Source of the DNA: an uncultured Gemmatimonadales bacterium
Lineage (GTDB): Bacteria; Gemmatimonadota; Gemmatimonadetes; Gemmatimonadales; GWC2-71-9
Assembly: GCA_963844035.1 (NCBI GenBank)
Contig: CAWJMT010000003.1
Location: forward strand, 160,001 to 224,000
DNA: 64,000 nt
Direction of reading: 5' to 3'
The position numbers and the translations under genes were made by a program. This document shows positions 22,006 through 32,430 of the stretch, piece after piece; the stretch's first letter is position 1, and the number at the start of each line of letters is the position of its first letter. The notes under the pieces are model-generated. The model was not told where the DNA came from, made no database searches, and saw nothing but the letters and a program-made list of their open reading frames with translations.

Positions 22006-22579
22006 GGGCGCTCAGGTCGTCCTGTCCGTCGCGCTCGCGGTTCTGGCTGGTGGGTGGATCGCCATGGAACGATTGGCCATGCCGCCCTTGCTCGCCGGGG
22101 CGGCGGTCGCGGCGGCGGGGCTGGCGGCGGCTGTCGCATACTTCCGCCTGCATGAGCGGCGCGGACCTCTGGGCATTGTCATGCTTGCCGCGCTCGCGGG
22201 TCTGCCGTTCACGATCGGCGCGATGGCGGTCGGCCGCCCTGCGGCGGGGATCGTTCCCTCCATCCTCGCTGCCTGGCTTCAGGTCCTCCGGGTGATGGTT
22301 GCCGACCTCGAAACGGAATCCCCGGACCATGCGGCCGACCGGCGGACCCTCACCATCGTGGCGACGGGCGTGGCGCTCTCGTTCATTCCAGTCAGTTTCA
22401 TCCTGCCGGCGCGCGTCGGATTCGGGGGAGCCTTTTTCCTCATCGCACTGTTCGTGGAACTCGCCGTGCTCGTCAGCGCCGCCCGCCTGATTGTCGGACG
22501 GATCAATGGGGTCAATGCGCTCCTCAAGGGCGCGATGTTCGTCGGCGCGATCGCGCTGGTTGCGGGGCGGGTCACGTGA
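21998..22579 (+). CDS. Polytopic membrane protein, truncated or degenerate UbiA-like
   Basis: Multiple TMs; LRVMVADLETESPDHAADRRTL resembles the second Asp-rich UbiA motif. Confidence 0.55.
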   Translation: MGKGAQVVLSVALAVLAGGWIAMERLAMPPLLAGAAVAAAGLAAAVAYFRLHERRGPLGIVMLAALAGLPFTIGAMAVGRPAAGIVPSILAAWLQVLRVMVADLETESPDHAADRRTLTIVATGVALSFIPVSFILPARVGFGGAFFLIALFVELAVLVSAARLIVGRINGVNALLKGAMFVGAIALVAGRVT

Positions 22580-23356
22580 CGCTCTGGCAAGGCGATCGTC
22601 CTCGGACTTGTACAGGGACTGACGGAGTTCCTGCCGGTGTCGTCGTCGGGACACCTGCTCGTGTTGGAAGTAGTGACGGGGGTTCACACCCCAGGGGTGT
22701 TCGTTGAGGTGGCTCTGCATGTGGCGACACTCGCCGCGGTCCTCGTGATGTACGGGAGGCGCCTGTGGGGAATAGTGCGGGGAGTGTTGACACTGCGCGC
22801 CCAGGACCTGAAGATGACCGGCCTGCTGTTCCTCGGTACGCTTCCCGCGGGCATCGTCGGAGTGCTGTTCCACGAGAGCATCGCCAGGGCGTCGCTCGTC
22901 CCGATTGGGCTTGGGTTCCTGGTCACAGGGATGGTGAATTGGTCCACCCGGCGACGGGCGGGCGAACGCCCCGAGCCGACGGTGGCGGCGGCGATCGGCG
23001 TCGGGTGCGCGCAGGCGGTGTCGGCGGCATTCCGCGGCGTTTCGCGTTCCGGCTCCACGGTGGCGGCCGGGCTGTGGTGCGGGCTCAGTCCGGCGGCGGC
23101 TGCCGAGTTCAGCTTTCTTCTCACCGTACCGGTGATCGCCGGCGCAGCGCTGCTCGAAAGCCGCCACATCACCTCGGGCGTGACGGCGGTGGGCGCGGTG
23201 CCGCTGGCGGTGAGTTTCGTCATCGCGTTCGCCGCGGGGCTCTGGTCGATTCGCTTCCTGGTGGCGCTGGTCAGACAGGGTCGCTTCTACGCATTCGCGC
23301 CGTACAACTGGGCGATTGGTCTCTTGACGATCGTGTACGGCCTGTGGCGCGGGTGA
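22576..23356 (+). CDS. uppP: Undecaprenyl-diphosphatase (frameshift near 22590)
   Basis: LGLVQGLTEFLPVSSSGHL, GVSRSGST, AAEFSFLL. Confidence 0.93.
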
Positions 23357-24098
23357 CCCTCGATGGCATACCGGCGAGCACGCTGGCGCGGCGTTGGGGG
23401 GTGCCCCATGCCGCCGTCTTTCATTCGCTGACCTCGAGCCTCGACGTGGTCCACGATCTGGCGGCACGGGGCGCCGCCACACGGGACCGCGGTCATCGCC
23501 GAAGAGCAAACGGAGGGCCGGGGCAGGGACGGCCGCACTTGGCGGTCTCCCGCGGGAGGCGTCTGGCTGGGCATGGTGCTGCGGCCCGGGCACGTGGCGT
23601 TGGGGGCGTTCTCGGTACGCGCCGGCCTCGTGGTGGCAGACGCGGTCGATGAGCTGCTCGGCACGCCCGCCGCGCAGCTGAAGTGGCCCAACGACGTGCT
23701 GCTCGCCGACCGCAAGGTCGCCGGCGTACTGTGCGAGACGCGTTGGCAGGGCGAGGCACCGGAGTGGCTCGCGCTCGGCGTCGGGGTCAACGTGAGCAAT
23801 GAGATTCCCCCCGAGCTGGCAGGCGCGCGCGGTGGCGCTCGCCGAGTTCGACGCGGCGCTGCGGCGCATCGATGTGCTCGATCGACTGGTGCCCGCGCTC
23901 GCCGCGGTGGCCGCCGGGCGACCGACGCTTACGGAGGGCGAGTGCCGGGCCTTTGCCGAGCGGGACTGGCTGAGGGGACGCGAGCTGCGCGCGCCCGCGG
24001 CCGGACGGGCCGGCGGCCTGACCCCCGACGGAGCACTGCTTGTGGACCTGGGCGCGGACACCGTGTCCGTGCGGGAGGGTCACGTCGAGCTGATGTAA
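23353..24098 (+). CDS. birA: Biotin-protein ligase without HTH (frameshifts near 23480, 23820)
   Basis: AEEQTEGRGRDGRTW, LKWPNDVL, KVAGVLCE, LGVGVNV. Confidence 0.9.
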
Positions 24099-24119
24099 TT
24101 TCGCTATACTTACGCCCCC

Positions 24120-24899
24120 ATGCTGCTCGCGATCAACATCAACAACACCGAGACCAAGGTCGGGCTGTTCCGCGGCGACAGCCTGGAGTCGCACTGGCGC
24201 CTGACCACGACGCCGTCGCGGACCCCCGACGAGTGGGCGGCGACACTGACCTCCTACCTGTTGCAGGCGGGACGCTCGACGCAGGAAGTCCGTGCCGCGA
24301 TCGTGGCCTCCGTGGTTCCACCGGTCACGCGGGGGCTGTGCGAGGCCGTGGAGCGGGCGACGACGATCCGCCCCGTGGTGGTGGACGGCAGCGTGACGCT
24401 GCCGATCACGCTGGACGTTGACGAGCCGCTTCAGGTCGGGGCGGACCGCATCCTCAACACGCTGGCCGCGTCGCAGCTGTTCCGTCGCGACACCATCGTC
24501 GTCGACTTCGGCACCGCGACCACGTTCGATTGCATCACGCACGACGGCCGCTTCCTGGGCGGGGTGATCATGCCCGGGATTCGCACGGCCTCGGACGCCC
24601 TCATCCGCAACACCGCCAAGCTGCCGGCCACGGAGCTGATCCCGCCCGCGCACGTGATCGGACGCCGCACCGAGGAGGCAATCCGCGCGGGCGTGCTGCT
24701 CGGCACGGCGGACGCGGTGGACGGAATCGTGCGGCGGATCAAGGCCGAGTGGCCGAACGGCAACGTCCCGCAAGTGATCGCGACCGGCGGTCTCGCGAGC
24801 CTCGTGGCGCCGCTGGCGCGTGAAATCGAGTCCGTCAATCCCGATCTCACACTCACCGGCCTCCGGATCGCGGCCGCGGCGCTCGGGCTCAAGTGGTAG
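24120..24899 (+). CDS. coaX: Type III pantothenate kinase
   Basis: SVVP, VGADR, VVDFGTATTFD, GGVIMPG, VIATGG; follows birA. Confidence 0.92.
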   Translation: MLLAININNTETKVGLFRGDSLESHWRLTTTPSRTPDEWAATLTSYLLQAGRSTQEVRAAIVASVVPPVTRGLCEAVERATTIRPVVVDGSVTLPITLDVDEPLQVGADRILNTLAASQLFRRDTIVVDFGTATTFDCITHDGRFLGGVIMPGIRTASDALIRNTAKLPATELIPPAHVIGRRTEEAIRAGVLLGTADAVDGIVRRIKAEWPNGNVPQVIATGGLASLVAPLAREIESVNPDLTLTGLRIAAAALGLKW

Positions 24900-25819
24900 G
24901 CGACTCCCGGACCCTCAACGAGTGGCGGCGCTGGGGGTACCGGCTGCTCCCGGGCGACGCGTTCTCCTATCTCCTGCATATGCGCCCGGCCGAGTGGCCG
25001 ATCATGGTGGCGCATACGGCCCTGGGGTACGTGCTCGCGGTCGGGATCGGGGGCGCGGCGCGTGGTGCGTCGCTCTCGCAGGCGGTGTGGGCGCTGGTGC
25101 TCTGGGTGGTGTGCTTGAACGGCGGGACACTGGCGATCAACTCCGTGTTCGACCGCGACGAAGGGGACATCGGCTACCTGAACGCGCCCCCTCCCATCCC
25201 GCGCCACCTGCTGGCGTTCAGCGTGGCGCTGCTCGCGGGCGGACAGCTGCTTGCGGTCACGCTCCCCGTGGCCTACCAGGCCTGCTACGCGATCTGCGCG
25301 GTGATGTCGGTGCTCTATTCGGTGCCGCCGTTTCGATTGAAGGCGGTCGCGGGCGCCGACTGGGTGATCAACATGTGGGGCTTCGGAACGCTCACCCCAT
25401 TCGCCGGGTGGGCGGCGACCGCGCGGCCGCTCGATTTTGGGCACGCGCTGATCCTCGGCGCGTTCTGTCCGCTGTTTGCGGGACTCTATCCGCTCACGCA
25501 GCTGTATCAGTTCGACGAGGATCGGCGGCGTGGCGACCGCACGCTGGCGTTGATCCTCGGCATGCGCGCCAGTCTCGTCGTCGCCATCGTCTGCACGCTC
25601 GGAGCGTTCGGGCTGTTTGGATGGGCCGTCGCGGCGCTCCGCCCGGGACCGTGGGCGGGCGCGTTCGCCATAGCGCTGGCCGCCTGGCTGGCCGTGCTCG
25701 TGCCCTGGTATCGTGGCCATACCGGCTGGACGCCGGACCGGCACCAACGGGGTATGTACCAGGCGCTCGGGGCCTGGGCGCTGACTGACCTCGTGGTGCT
25801 GCTGGTGTTCGCCCGCTAA
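24893..25819 (+). CDS. UbiA-family prenyltransferase
   Basis: INSVFDRDEGD, YSVPPFRLK, YQFDEDRRRGDRTLA, many TMs. Confidence 0.88.
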   Translation: MVGDSRTLNEWRRWGYRLLPGDAFSYLLHMRPAEWPIMVAHTALGYVLAVGIGGAARGASLSQAVWALVLWVVCLNGGTLAINSVFDRDEGDIGYLNAPPPIPRHLLAFSVALLAGGQLLAVTLPVAYQACYAICAVMSVLYSVPPFRLKAVAGADWVINMWGFGTLTPFAGWAATARPLDFGHALILGAFCPLFAGLYPLTQLYQFDEDRRRGDRTLALILGMRASLVVAIVCTLGAFGLFGWAVAALRPGPWAGAFAIALAAWLAVLVPWYRGHTGWTPDRHQRGMYQALGAWALTDLVVLLVFAR

Positions 25820-25865
25820 GTCGGCTTAGATTTTCTCCCACCCCCGTACCTGGAGCGCGGTAGAC

Positions 25866-26474
25866 ATGTCAGCCACCTTGGCGCCGACAACGATGGATCG
25901 GACCGACGTCCGCCACCTACTCACCAACGGGACGAAGATCGGACTCGCCACGGCCGTCGCGGTCGTGCTGTACCTCTGGGTCTCGAGACACGTTCCCGCC
26001 GGCGGCGCCCGTGTCGGCCTGGAAGCGCTCCTCGTGCTGGCGGCCGGCACTGCCGTCACCTTCCTGCCTGGCCGCTGGTGCGCCGCGCGCACGGTGGAGG
26101 GCATCGCCGGTGCCGCCGGAATGGGACTCTGGGGGGCCATCATCTTTACGGTCGTGGACATCGTATTGCTCCGGCCGTTCAAGGCCTACCCCTGGACCTG
26201 GGACGCGATCGGTGGCGGCAGCACGTGGTGGTATCTCCCGATCTGGTGGATGTTCGGAACCTTCCTCGCGTGGATGGGCGGTACGCTCGTGGCCCGGGCG
26301 CCCGAAGGCGCCGGGTTGGCACGCACCGCGGCGCCCGTACTGATCGGTGCGGTCGTGGTGGGCGTGGCAGCGACGCTCGCGGGGTTCGATGCGACGCTGC
26401 CGGTAACTGCCGGGCTTGGCTTTGCGGTGACGCTCCCAGTGCTGGTCGTCGTCGCTCTCGCCCGCAAGGCCTAG
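25866..26474 (+). CDS. Hypothetical membrane protein
   Basis: About 6 TMs, Trp-rich loop YPWTWDAIGGGSTWWYLPIWW; GGAG upstream. Confidence 0.75.
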   Translation: MSATLAPTTMDRTDVRHLLTNGTKIGLATAVAVVLYLWVSRHVPAGGARVGLEALLVLAAGTAVTFLPGRWCAARTVEGIAGAAGMGLWGAIIFTVVDIVLLRPFKAYPWTWDAIGGGSTWWYLPIWWMFGTFLAWMGGTLVARAPEGAGLARTAAPVLIGAVVVGVAATLAGFDATLPVTAGLGFAVTLPVLVVVALARKA

Positions 26475-26486
26475 CGGGAGGGGCGC

Positions 26487-26768
26487 GTGCCCCGCTGGCT
26501 GGCCCACTTGCTCGTTGTGTGCGGTTGGCTCCTCACGCCGATCCTGGCGTGGGGAGCTTCGTATATGGGGTTGTGGGCGGGCGCCCTCGTGGCGTTGCGG
26601 TTCTCGCACCCCGCCACGATGCTGGCGGTGGCGGGGGCGGCCGCCGCGCTCTCGGGGCTTATCACTCTGGCGTTCTGGGTGCGATTCATGCGCCGCGTCC
26701 CTCACCTCCTGTCCCACCTCATGGCTGCGCGCGCCTCGGAAGAGGAGGCGGTTGCCGCGGCCGACTGA
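26487..26768 (+). CDS. Small hypothetical membrane protein
   Basis: Hydrophobic ORF preceded by GGAGG. Confidence 0.65.
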   Translation: MPRWLAHLLVVCGWLLTPILAWGASYMGLWAGALVALRFSHPATMLAVAGAAAALSGLITLAFWVRFMRRVPHLLSHLMAARASEEEAVAAAD

Positions 26769-26769
26769 G

Positions 26770-27731
26770 TTGCTGCGATTTGGATTCCTGGGTCTGCTCC
26801 CCGCCGTGCTCAGCGCGCAGGGGCGACAGATCGAGTTTCACCTCGGGCGCTGGGATGGCGACAATCCCGCAGTGACCTACGAGCTCCGCACCACCACCCG
26901 GCTCGGCGGTGTGTTCACCCACGGGATCGGCGTGACCGCGCTGGTGAGCGACACGCTGGGACGCCGCCGTGCGTTCTACGGAGCCGGGTACGAGATCCAG
27001 GCGCTGCGCCGCCGCCGCAGCCTGGAGGCGTACGCCCTGGCCGGCGTCGCCCTCGGACTGTCGACCGACACGTCGAGCGACGAGGTGGGCGCGCTGTGGA
27101 GCCTGGGCGGCGGCGCCGAATGGCAGCCGGTGCCCGGGTTCGCGCTCGGACTGGAAACCCGCTATCGCATCGAGGCCCGAGGCTCGCTGGGGTTCTGGCG
27201 TGCCGGGCCGAGTGCGCGGAACGGCCTCAGCGCCGCGATCGGCGTTTCGATCGGATTCGGCAAGGGCGGGGGAGGCAAGGGGAGCTCCGCCGCTGCGGCG
27301 CCCCACGCCCGCCGCCCATCGAGCCGCCGGCGACAATCGCCGGCAACGCCGCCGACGTGGTGCAGACGGCAATTGCCGCCATTGGGACCCCGTACAGCTG
27401 GGGCGGGACAGCGGAGAACGGGTTCGACTGCTCGGGATTGATCCAGTACGCGTATGGGGTCCACGGGATTCGCTTGCCGCGCCGCAGCCGGGATCAGGCC
27501 ACGGCGGGAGCCGAAGTCGCCCCGGTGGTGGAAGCCCTGCGGCCGGGCGACATCCTGTTGTTCTCGAGCAGCCCAGGCGCGGGTGTGACGCATGTGGGGA
27601 TGTACGTCGGCGAGGAAAAGTTCATTCACAGTGCGTCCAACGGCGTCAAGCTCTCGCGGCTCGATCCGCGCGACCCGGAGGGCGGCTATTGGGTCACCCG
27701 CTGGGTCGGAGCACGCCGGGTGATTCCGTGA
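26770..27731 (+). CDS. Beta-barrel-like domain fused to C40 (NlpC/P60) peptidase (frameshift near 27300)
   Basis: Signal peptide and amphipathic strands ending GVSIGF, Gly/Pro linker, then GTPYSWGG, GFDCSGL, HVGMY, FIHS. Confidence 0.85.
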
Positions 27732-28145
27732 GTCGCGGGCGGTGCATCGCGGCGATCCCATGCCTCCTCGCCGCGGCGTGCTTGCCGGGCGCGGGCGGGA
27801 ACCAGTCGTCGCTGCGCGGCTACCGCGTGGTAATCGAGTCCCACGACTCGCTCAGCGACGACCTGGCCCGCGCGCTTTCGAAGCGAGGGCTTCAGCGTAA
27901 AGCGCCACGTCAGCGGGGGGAGTCCCCCCACGGCGGCCCTCGTCACGTTCGAGTTCCGGGAGGTTGGCGACGCGCCGCCCATCGTCTGGCTCCATGCTCG
28001 CATGGCCGACACGCGCAGCGGCACCATCGTGGCGGCCGTTTCCGCGCCGCTCGATTCCCTCGGTAATACCACGGCCGCCCGCGCGCTGAGCGTGGCCGAT
28101 TCTTTCGCGGCGCACTTGCGGCGGGGTCCCGACTCGCCCCCTTGA
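27728..28145 (+). CDS. Putative lipoprotein (frameshift near 27895)
   Basis: GTG overlaps previous stop; LLAAAC lipobox-like; stop TGA 28143-28145. Confidence 0.55.
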
Positions 28146-28176
28146 CTTCGGTTGTACCGCTGGACAAATTCCCGCC

Positions 28177-28203
28177 TTAGCACTCTCGCCATGAGAGTGC
28201 TAG
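28177..28203. promoter_or_regulatory. CIRCE element (HrcA operator) upstream of groES
   Basis: TTAGCACTC-N9-GAGTGCTAG, one mismatch to consensus; TTGACT -35 candidate at 28142. Confidence 0.93.
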
Positions 28204-28255
28204 TACCAATAGATACAATGGGTTACGCCAACGCACCGAGCTGGAGGCTGGGATT

Positions 28256-28570
28256 ATGGCAACGGCAACTGCAAGCAAGGCAAAGCTCAAGGTTTACCCG
28301 CTGGCTGACCGGGTGGCGATCAAGCCCCTCGAGGAGACCGAGACGATGAAGGGTGGTCTCTACATCCCCGACACGGCGAAGGAGAAGCCGATTCAGGGTG
28401 AGGTGATCGCGGTCGGGCCGGGCAGGCGGGAGAAGGGTGACGTCGTCCCGATGGAGTTGAAGGTGGGAGACCGGGTCGTGTACGGGAAGTACAGCGGCAC
28501 GCAGGTCGAGCTGGGTGGGGACGAGATCATTCTGATCAAGGAATCCGATGTCATTGCGAAACTCGCTTAA
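28256..28570 (+). CDS. groES: Co-chaperonin GroES
   Basis: [31 protein letters not shown]. Confidence 0.98.
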   Translation: MATATASKAKLKVYPLADRVAIKPLEETETMKGGLYIPDTAKEKPIQGEVIAVGPGRREKGDVVPMELKVGDRVVYGKYSGTQVELGGDEIILIKESDVIAKLA

Positions 28571-28587
28571 GGCTTAGGGAGGAACAG

Positions 28588-30225
28588 ATGGCTGCGAAGC
28601 AACTGGAGTTCAATACCGAGGCCCGCGCCCGGTTGAAGCGGGGCGTGGACCAACTGGCAGAGGCAGTGAAGGTGACGCTTGGCCCCAAGGGCCGGAACGT
28701 CGTCATCGACAAGAAATTCGGCAGCCCCACCGTGACGAAGGACGGGGTCACGGTCGCCAAGGAAATCGAGCTCGAAGACCCGATCGAGAACATGGGCGCC
28801 CAGATGGTCAAAGAGGTGGCGACCAAGACCTCGGATCTGGCGGGCGACGGGACGACCACGGCGACTGTGCTGGCGCAGGCCATCTTTCGTGAGGGCCTGA
28901 AGTCGGTCACGGCGGGTGTGAGCCCGATGTCCCTCAAGCGGGGCATCGAGCGGGCGGTGGACGCGGTGGTGGACGAGCTGAAGAAGATCTCGGTACCGAC
29001 GGCTGGCCGCAAAGAGATCGCGCAGGTCGGCACGATCTCCGCAAACAACGACAGCGAGATCGGCAAGATCATCGCCGACGCGATGGAGAAGGTCGGCAAG
29101 GACGGCGTCATCACGGTCGAAGAGGCGAAGGGTCTCGAGACCACATACGAGACGGTGGACGGGATGCAGTTCGATCGCGGCTATCTGTCGCCGTACTTCG
29201 TCACCGATCCGGAGAAGATGGAGTGCGTGCTCGAAGATGCGCACATCCTGATTCACGACAAGAAGATCTCCTCGATGAAGGACCTGCTGCCCGTGCTCGA
29301 GAAGGTCGCACAGGCGGGTCGGCCCCTGCTGATCATCGCCGAGGATATCGAGGGTGAGGCGCTCGCGACGCTGGTGGTCAACAAGCTGCGCGGCACGCTC
29401 AAGGTGTGCGGCGTCAAAGCGCCGGGCTTCGGGGATCGTCGCAAGGATCTGTTGCGCGACATCGCCGTCCTGAGCGGTGGACAGGTGATCTCGGAGGAAG
29501 TCGGCTTCAAGCTCGAGAACGCGGTCCTGAGCGACCTGGGTCATGCCAAGCGCGTGGTGATCGACAAGGACAACACGACCGTCGTGGATGGCAAGGGCAA
29601 GCAGAACGACATCCAGGGCCGGATCAATGAGATCAAGGCCGCAGTCGAAAAGTCCACGTCCGACTATGACCGCGAGAAGCTGCAGGAGCGCCTGGCGAAG
29701 CTCGCCGGGGGCGTGGCGGTCGTGCACGTGGGCGCAGCCACCGAGACCGAAATGAAGGAGAAGAAGGCCCGCGTGGAGGATGCGCTGCACGCTACGCGCG
29801 CCGCGGTCGAGGAAGGCATCGTCCCGGGCGGCGGGGTCGCGCTGCTGTGGTGCCAGCGGGTCCTGGACAAGGTGAAGGGGACCACCGAGGACGAGAAGAT
29901 CGGTATCGACATCGTGCGGCGGGCGCTGGAAGAGCCGATCCGGATGATTGCCCAGAACGCGGGTGCGGAAGGCTCGATCATCGTCGGGAAGGTCAAGGAG
30001 TCGAAGGATAAGAACTTCGGCTACAACGCCCAGAACGACACGTTCGAGGACCTGGTGGCGGCCGGCGTCATCGACCCCACGAAGGTCACCCGGACGGCCC
30101 TGCAGAACGCCGCGTCGATCGCGGGACTGCTCCTGACGACCGAGTGCGTCGTCGTGGAGAAGAAGGAGAAGGACAAGGCTCCGCCGATGCCCGGCGGTGG
30201 CGGCGGCATGGGTGGCATGTACTAG
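28588..30225 (+). CDS. groEL: Chaperonin GroEL
   Basis: [32 protein letters not shown] tail. Confidence 0.99.
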   Translation: MAAKQLEFNTEARARLKRGVDQLAEAVKVTLGPKGRNVVIDKKFGSPTVTKDGVTVAKEIELEDPIENMGAQMVKEVATKTSDLAGDGTTTATVLAQAIFREGLKSVTAGVSPMSLKRGIERAVDAVVDELKKISVPTAGRKEIAQVGTISANNDSEIGKIIADAMEKVGKDGVITVEEAKGLETTYETVDGMQFDRGYLSPYFVTDPEKMECVLEDAHILIHDKKISSMKDLLPVLEKVAQAGRPLLIIAEDIEGEALATLVVNKLRGTLKVCGVKAPGFGDRRKDLLRDIAVLSGGQVISEEVGFKLENAVLSDLGHAKRVVIDKDNTTVVDGKGKQNDIQGRINEIKAAVEKSTSDYDREKLQERLAKLAGGVAVVHVGAATETEMKEKKARVEDALHATRAAVEEGIVPGGGVALLWCQRVLDKVKGTTEDEKIGIDIVRRALEEPIRMIAQNAGAEGSIIVGKVKESKDKNFGYNAQNDTFEDLVAAGVIDPTKVTRTALQNAASIAGLLLTTECVVVEKKEKDKAPPMPGGGGGMGGMY

Positions 30226-30228
30226 GAC

Positions 30229-30264
30229 TAGACGCATAGACGCACAGACAGACGCACAGACAGG
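30229..30264 (+). repeat. Octamer array (TAGACGCA/CAGACGCA) after groEL stop
   Basis: tagacgca tagacgca caga cagacgca cagacagg; same unit as in the tRNA spacer. Confidence 0.8.
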
Positions 30265-30272
30265 TTGAGGCG

Positions 30273-30305
30273 CGCCCCGGGATTGCTCCCGGGGCGCCTT
30301 CTTTT
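30273..30305 (+). terminator. Rho-independent terminator of groESL
   Basis: CGCCCCGGGA-TTGC-TCCCGGGGCG stem followed by CCTTCTTTT. Confidence 0.85.
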
Positions 30306-30330
30306 GGTGCATAAGCATTAGCTTTCCCCC

Positions 30331-32430
30331 GTGGCCGTTCCCCCTTCGCCACCCAATCGTCCCGAGCGCGCGGCGCTGTCGCGCGATCTCGCGGATTTTC
30401 TCATCGAACTTTCCATCGCGCTCCACAAGCACGCGCTCTACCCACCGGATCATCCGTCTCTCGATCCGGCCGCGGGGGCGGTGGTCGACCGCGCCGAACT
30501 CCTGCTCACCGACCGCACCACCCTGGCACTAGGCGTCGCGCGCAACCAGCTGGTGATCGAAGGGGTCGCCACCGATCCCAAGCATCCGGTGCTGCGCGAG
30601 CTGGCTGACCGGTTGCACCGCCACCATCTCGGCGCGGTGACGTTCAGCCGGGGCGTGGGGGTCGCCGAGGTGCGCGATGCGCTGCGCACGCTCGCCATGG
30701 AAGCGGATCGAACCGGACAGCCGCTTGGCCTGGGGCCGCTCGAGGCACTGCGTCGCTGGGAGCACGTGCGCCTTCATCCGTTGACCTACGAACGGCTCGA
30801 GCTCGTCGACGAGGCCCCGGCAGCGGACGTGGCCACCGGCACCACGCGGAACCGCGCCGCCCAACTGTGGGTGGGACTCGCCCGCGCGGCCCTCGCCACC
30901 GAAGGGAGCGATGAGGCTCCTGCGTCCAACGACCCCGCGGTGATTGCGCGGGCGATCGACGAGCGCGTCCCGCATTCCGCCGGCGCGTACGATCAGGCCA
31001 TCGTCGGGTACATGCTGCAAATCGCCGAAGAGCTCAAGGCGGCGGGGAGCAATGAAGCGGTCGCGCTGCGGCGCCGGATGTCGCGTCTGGTGCGCGGCCT
31101 GAAGCCCCAGACGCTGCAGCGGCTGGTGGCGATGGGCGGCGACTTTGCGCAGCGGCACAAATTCGTGGCCGATGCGACCGACGGGATGGCGCTTGATGCC
31201 GTGCTCGAGATCGTGCAGGCGGCGGCCACCACCTCCAACCAGACCATTTCCCATGCGCTCGTGCGCATGCTCTCGAAGTTTGCCGCTCACGCCGAAGCGG
31301 GCTCGATCGAAGCGCGTCCCCAGGCTGACGCCGCCCTGCGGCAGCAGGTGCGCCAGCTGCTCGAGGGGTGGAGCCTCAAGGACCCCAATCCCGGTGCCTA
31401 CGGTGCGGCCTTGCAGCGCATGGCGAAGGCCACGCCCCTCTTCGCGGTGCCCGCCGAGGAGGCCTACCCGACGGAGCCCGAGCGGATCGCGGCCATGGGT
31501 CTCGAGCTCGATATCGACGCCGCCCCCGTGCTCGAAGCGGTAGACCGGGTCGTGGAGGAAGGGCGCGTGTTGCGCCTGCTCGAAGTCCTGGAGGAGATGC
31601 CGACGACGAGCATGGCCGCCGACCGCATGTGGGAGCGCGTGGCGACGCCCGGCGTCGTGCGCCTCCTGGCAACGCAGGAGCCGCCGGACTTCAAGACGCT
31701 TGACCGTTTGGTATCGCGGGTCGGTCCTGGCGCGGGCGAGCCCCTGCTCGAGGCGTTGGCGATCGCCGAGTCGCGCGGCGCGCGCCGGGGCTTCCTCGGC
31801 CTGCTGGTGCGCCTCGGGCCGGCAATATCGCCCCTGGTCATCGGCCGCCTGCAGGACGAGCGTTGGTACGTCACGCGCAATTTGCTGGCGTTGCTCGAGG
31901 AGCTTGGAGACTTGCCTCCGACCTTCGATCCCACCCCGTGGCTCCTGCATGCCGACGCGCGCGTGCGGTTGCAGGCGTTAAAGCTGCAGGTCAAGCGGCC
32001 TGCGGAACACGACAGCGCGCTCATTACGGCCCTGCAGGATGCCGATCAAAAGGTGGTGCGCCTGGCGCTTACCACGGTGCACCAGGGCTGTCCGGGGTCG
32101 GTGGTCCCGCACGTGGCGCGCTGGGCGGCAGACGGCACGGCGCCGATCGATCTGCGCGTGCTCGCGATTCGTGCCTTGGGGGGATCAAAAGCGCCGTCGG
32201 CGCGCGACGCGCTCCTCGACCTCACACACGGTGGGCGGACGCTGCTCGGCCGGGAGAAATTGCCGCCCAAGTCTCCCATGCTCATCGCCGCATTGCGGGC
32301 CCTCGCGGCCGGTTGGGCCACCAACCCGGCGGCGCGGCGCGTGCTGGCCCGCGCCGGCGCGTCGTCGGACCCGGATATCCGCTCGGCGATCACCTCCCCT
32401 CGCACACCGCCTCCGAGCGCTCATGAGTGA
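30331..32430 (+). CDS. Large helical HEAT-repeat protein with N-terminal LYPxxHP domain
   Basis: HALYPPDHP; C-terminal HEAT repeats LQDERWYVTRNLL, LLHADARVRLQAL, LQDADQKVVRLAL. Confidence 0.85.
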   Translation: MAVPPSPPNRPERAALSRDLADFLIELSIALHKHALYPPDHPSLDPAAGAVVDRAELLLTDRTTLALGVARNQLVIEGVATDPKHPVLRELADRLHRHHLGAVTFSRGVGVAEVRDALRTLAMEADRTGQPLGLGPLEALRRWEHVRLHPLTYERLELVDEAPAADVATGTTRNRAAQLWVGLARAALATEGSDEAPASNDPAVIARAIDERVPHSAGAYDQAIVGYMLQIAEELKAAGSNEAVALRRRMSRLVRGLKPQTLQRLVAMGGDFAQRHKFVADATDGMALDAVLEIVQAAATTSNQTISHALVRMLSKFAAHAEAGSIEARPQADAALRQQVRQLLEGWSLKDPNPGAYGAALQRMAKATPLFAVPAEEAYPTEPERIAAMGLELDIDAAPVLEAVDRVVEEGRVLRLLEVLEEMPTTSMAADRMWERVATPGVVRLLATQEPPDFKTLDRLVSRVGPGAGEPLLEALAIAESRGARRGFLGLLVRLGPAISPLVIGRLQDERWYVTRNLLALLEELGDLPPTFDPTPWLLHADARVRLQALKLQVKRPAEHDSALITALQDADQKVVRLALTTVHQGCPGSVVPHVARWAADGTAPIDLRVLAIRALGGSKAPSARDALLDLTHGGRTLLGREKLPPKSPMLIAALRALAAGWATNPAARRVLARAGASSDPDIRSAITSPRTPPPSAHE

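Noticed and set aside
28567..30453. 628-aa ORF antisense to groEL and similar shadows over pyrC, serS, gatAB, murA
   Set aside because: Mirror frames of well-supported genes
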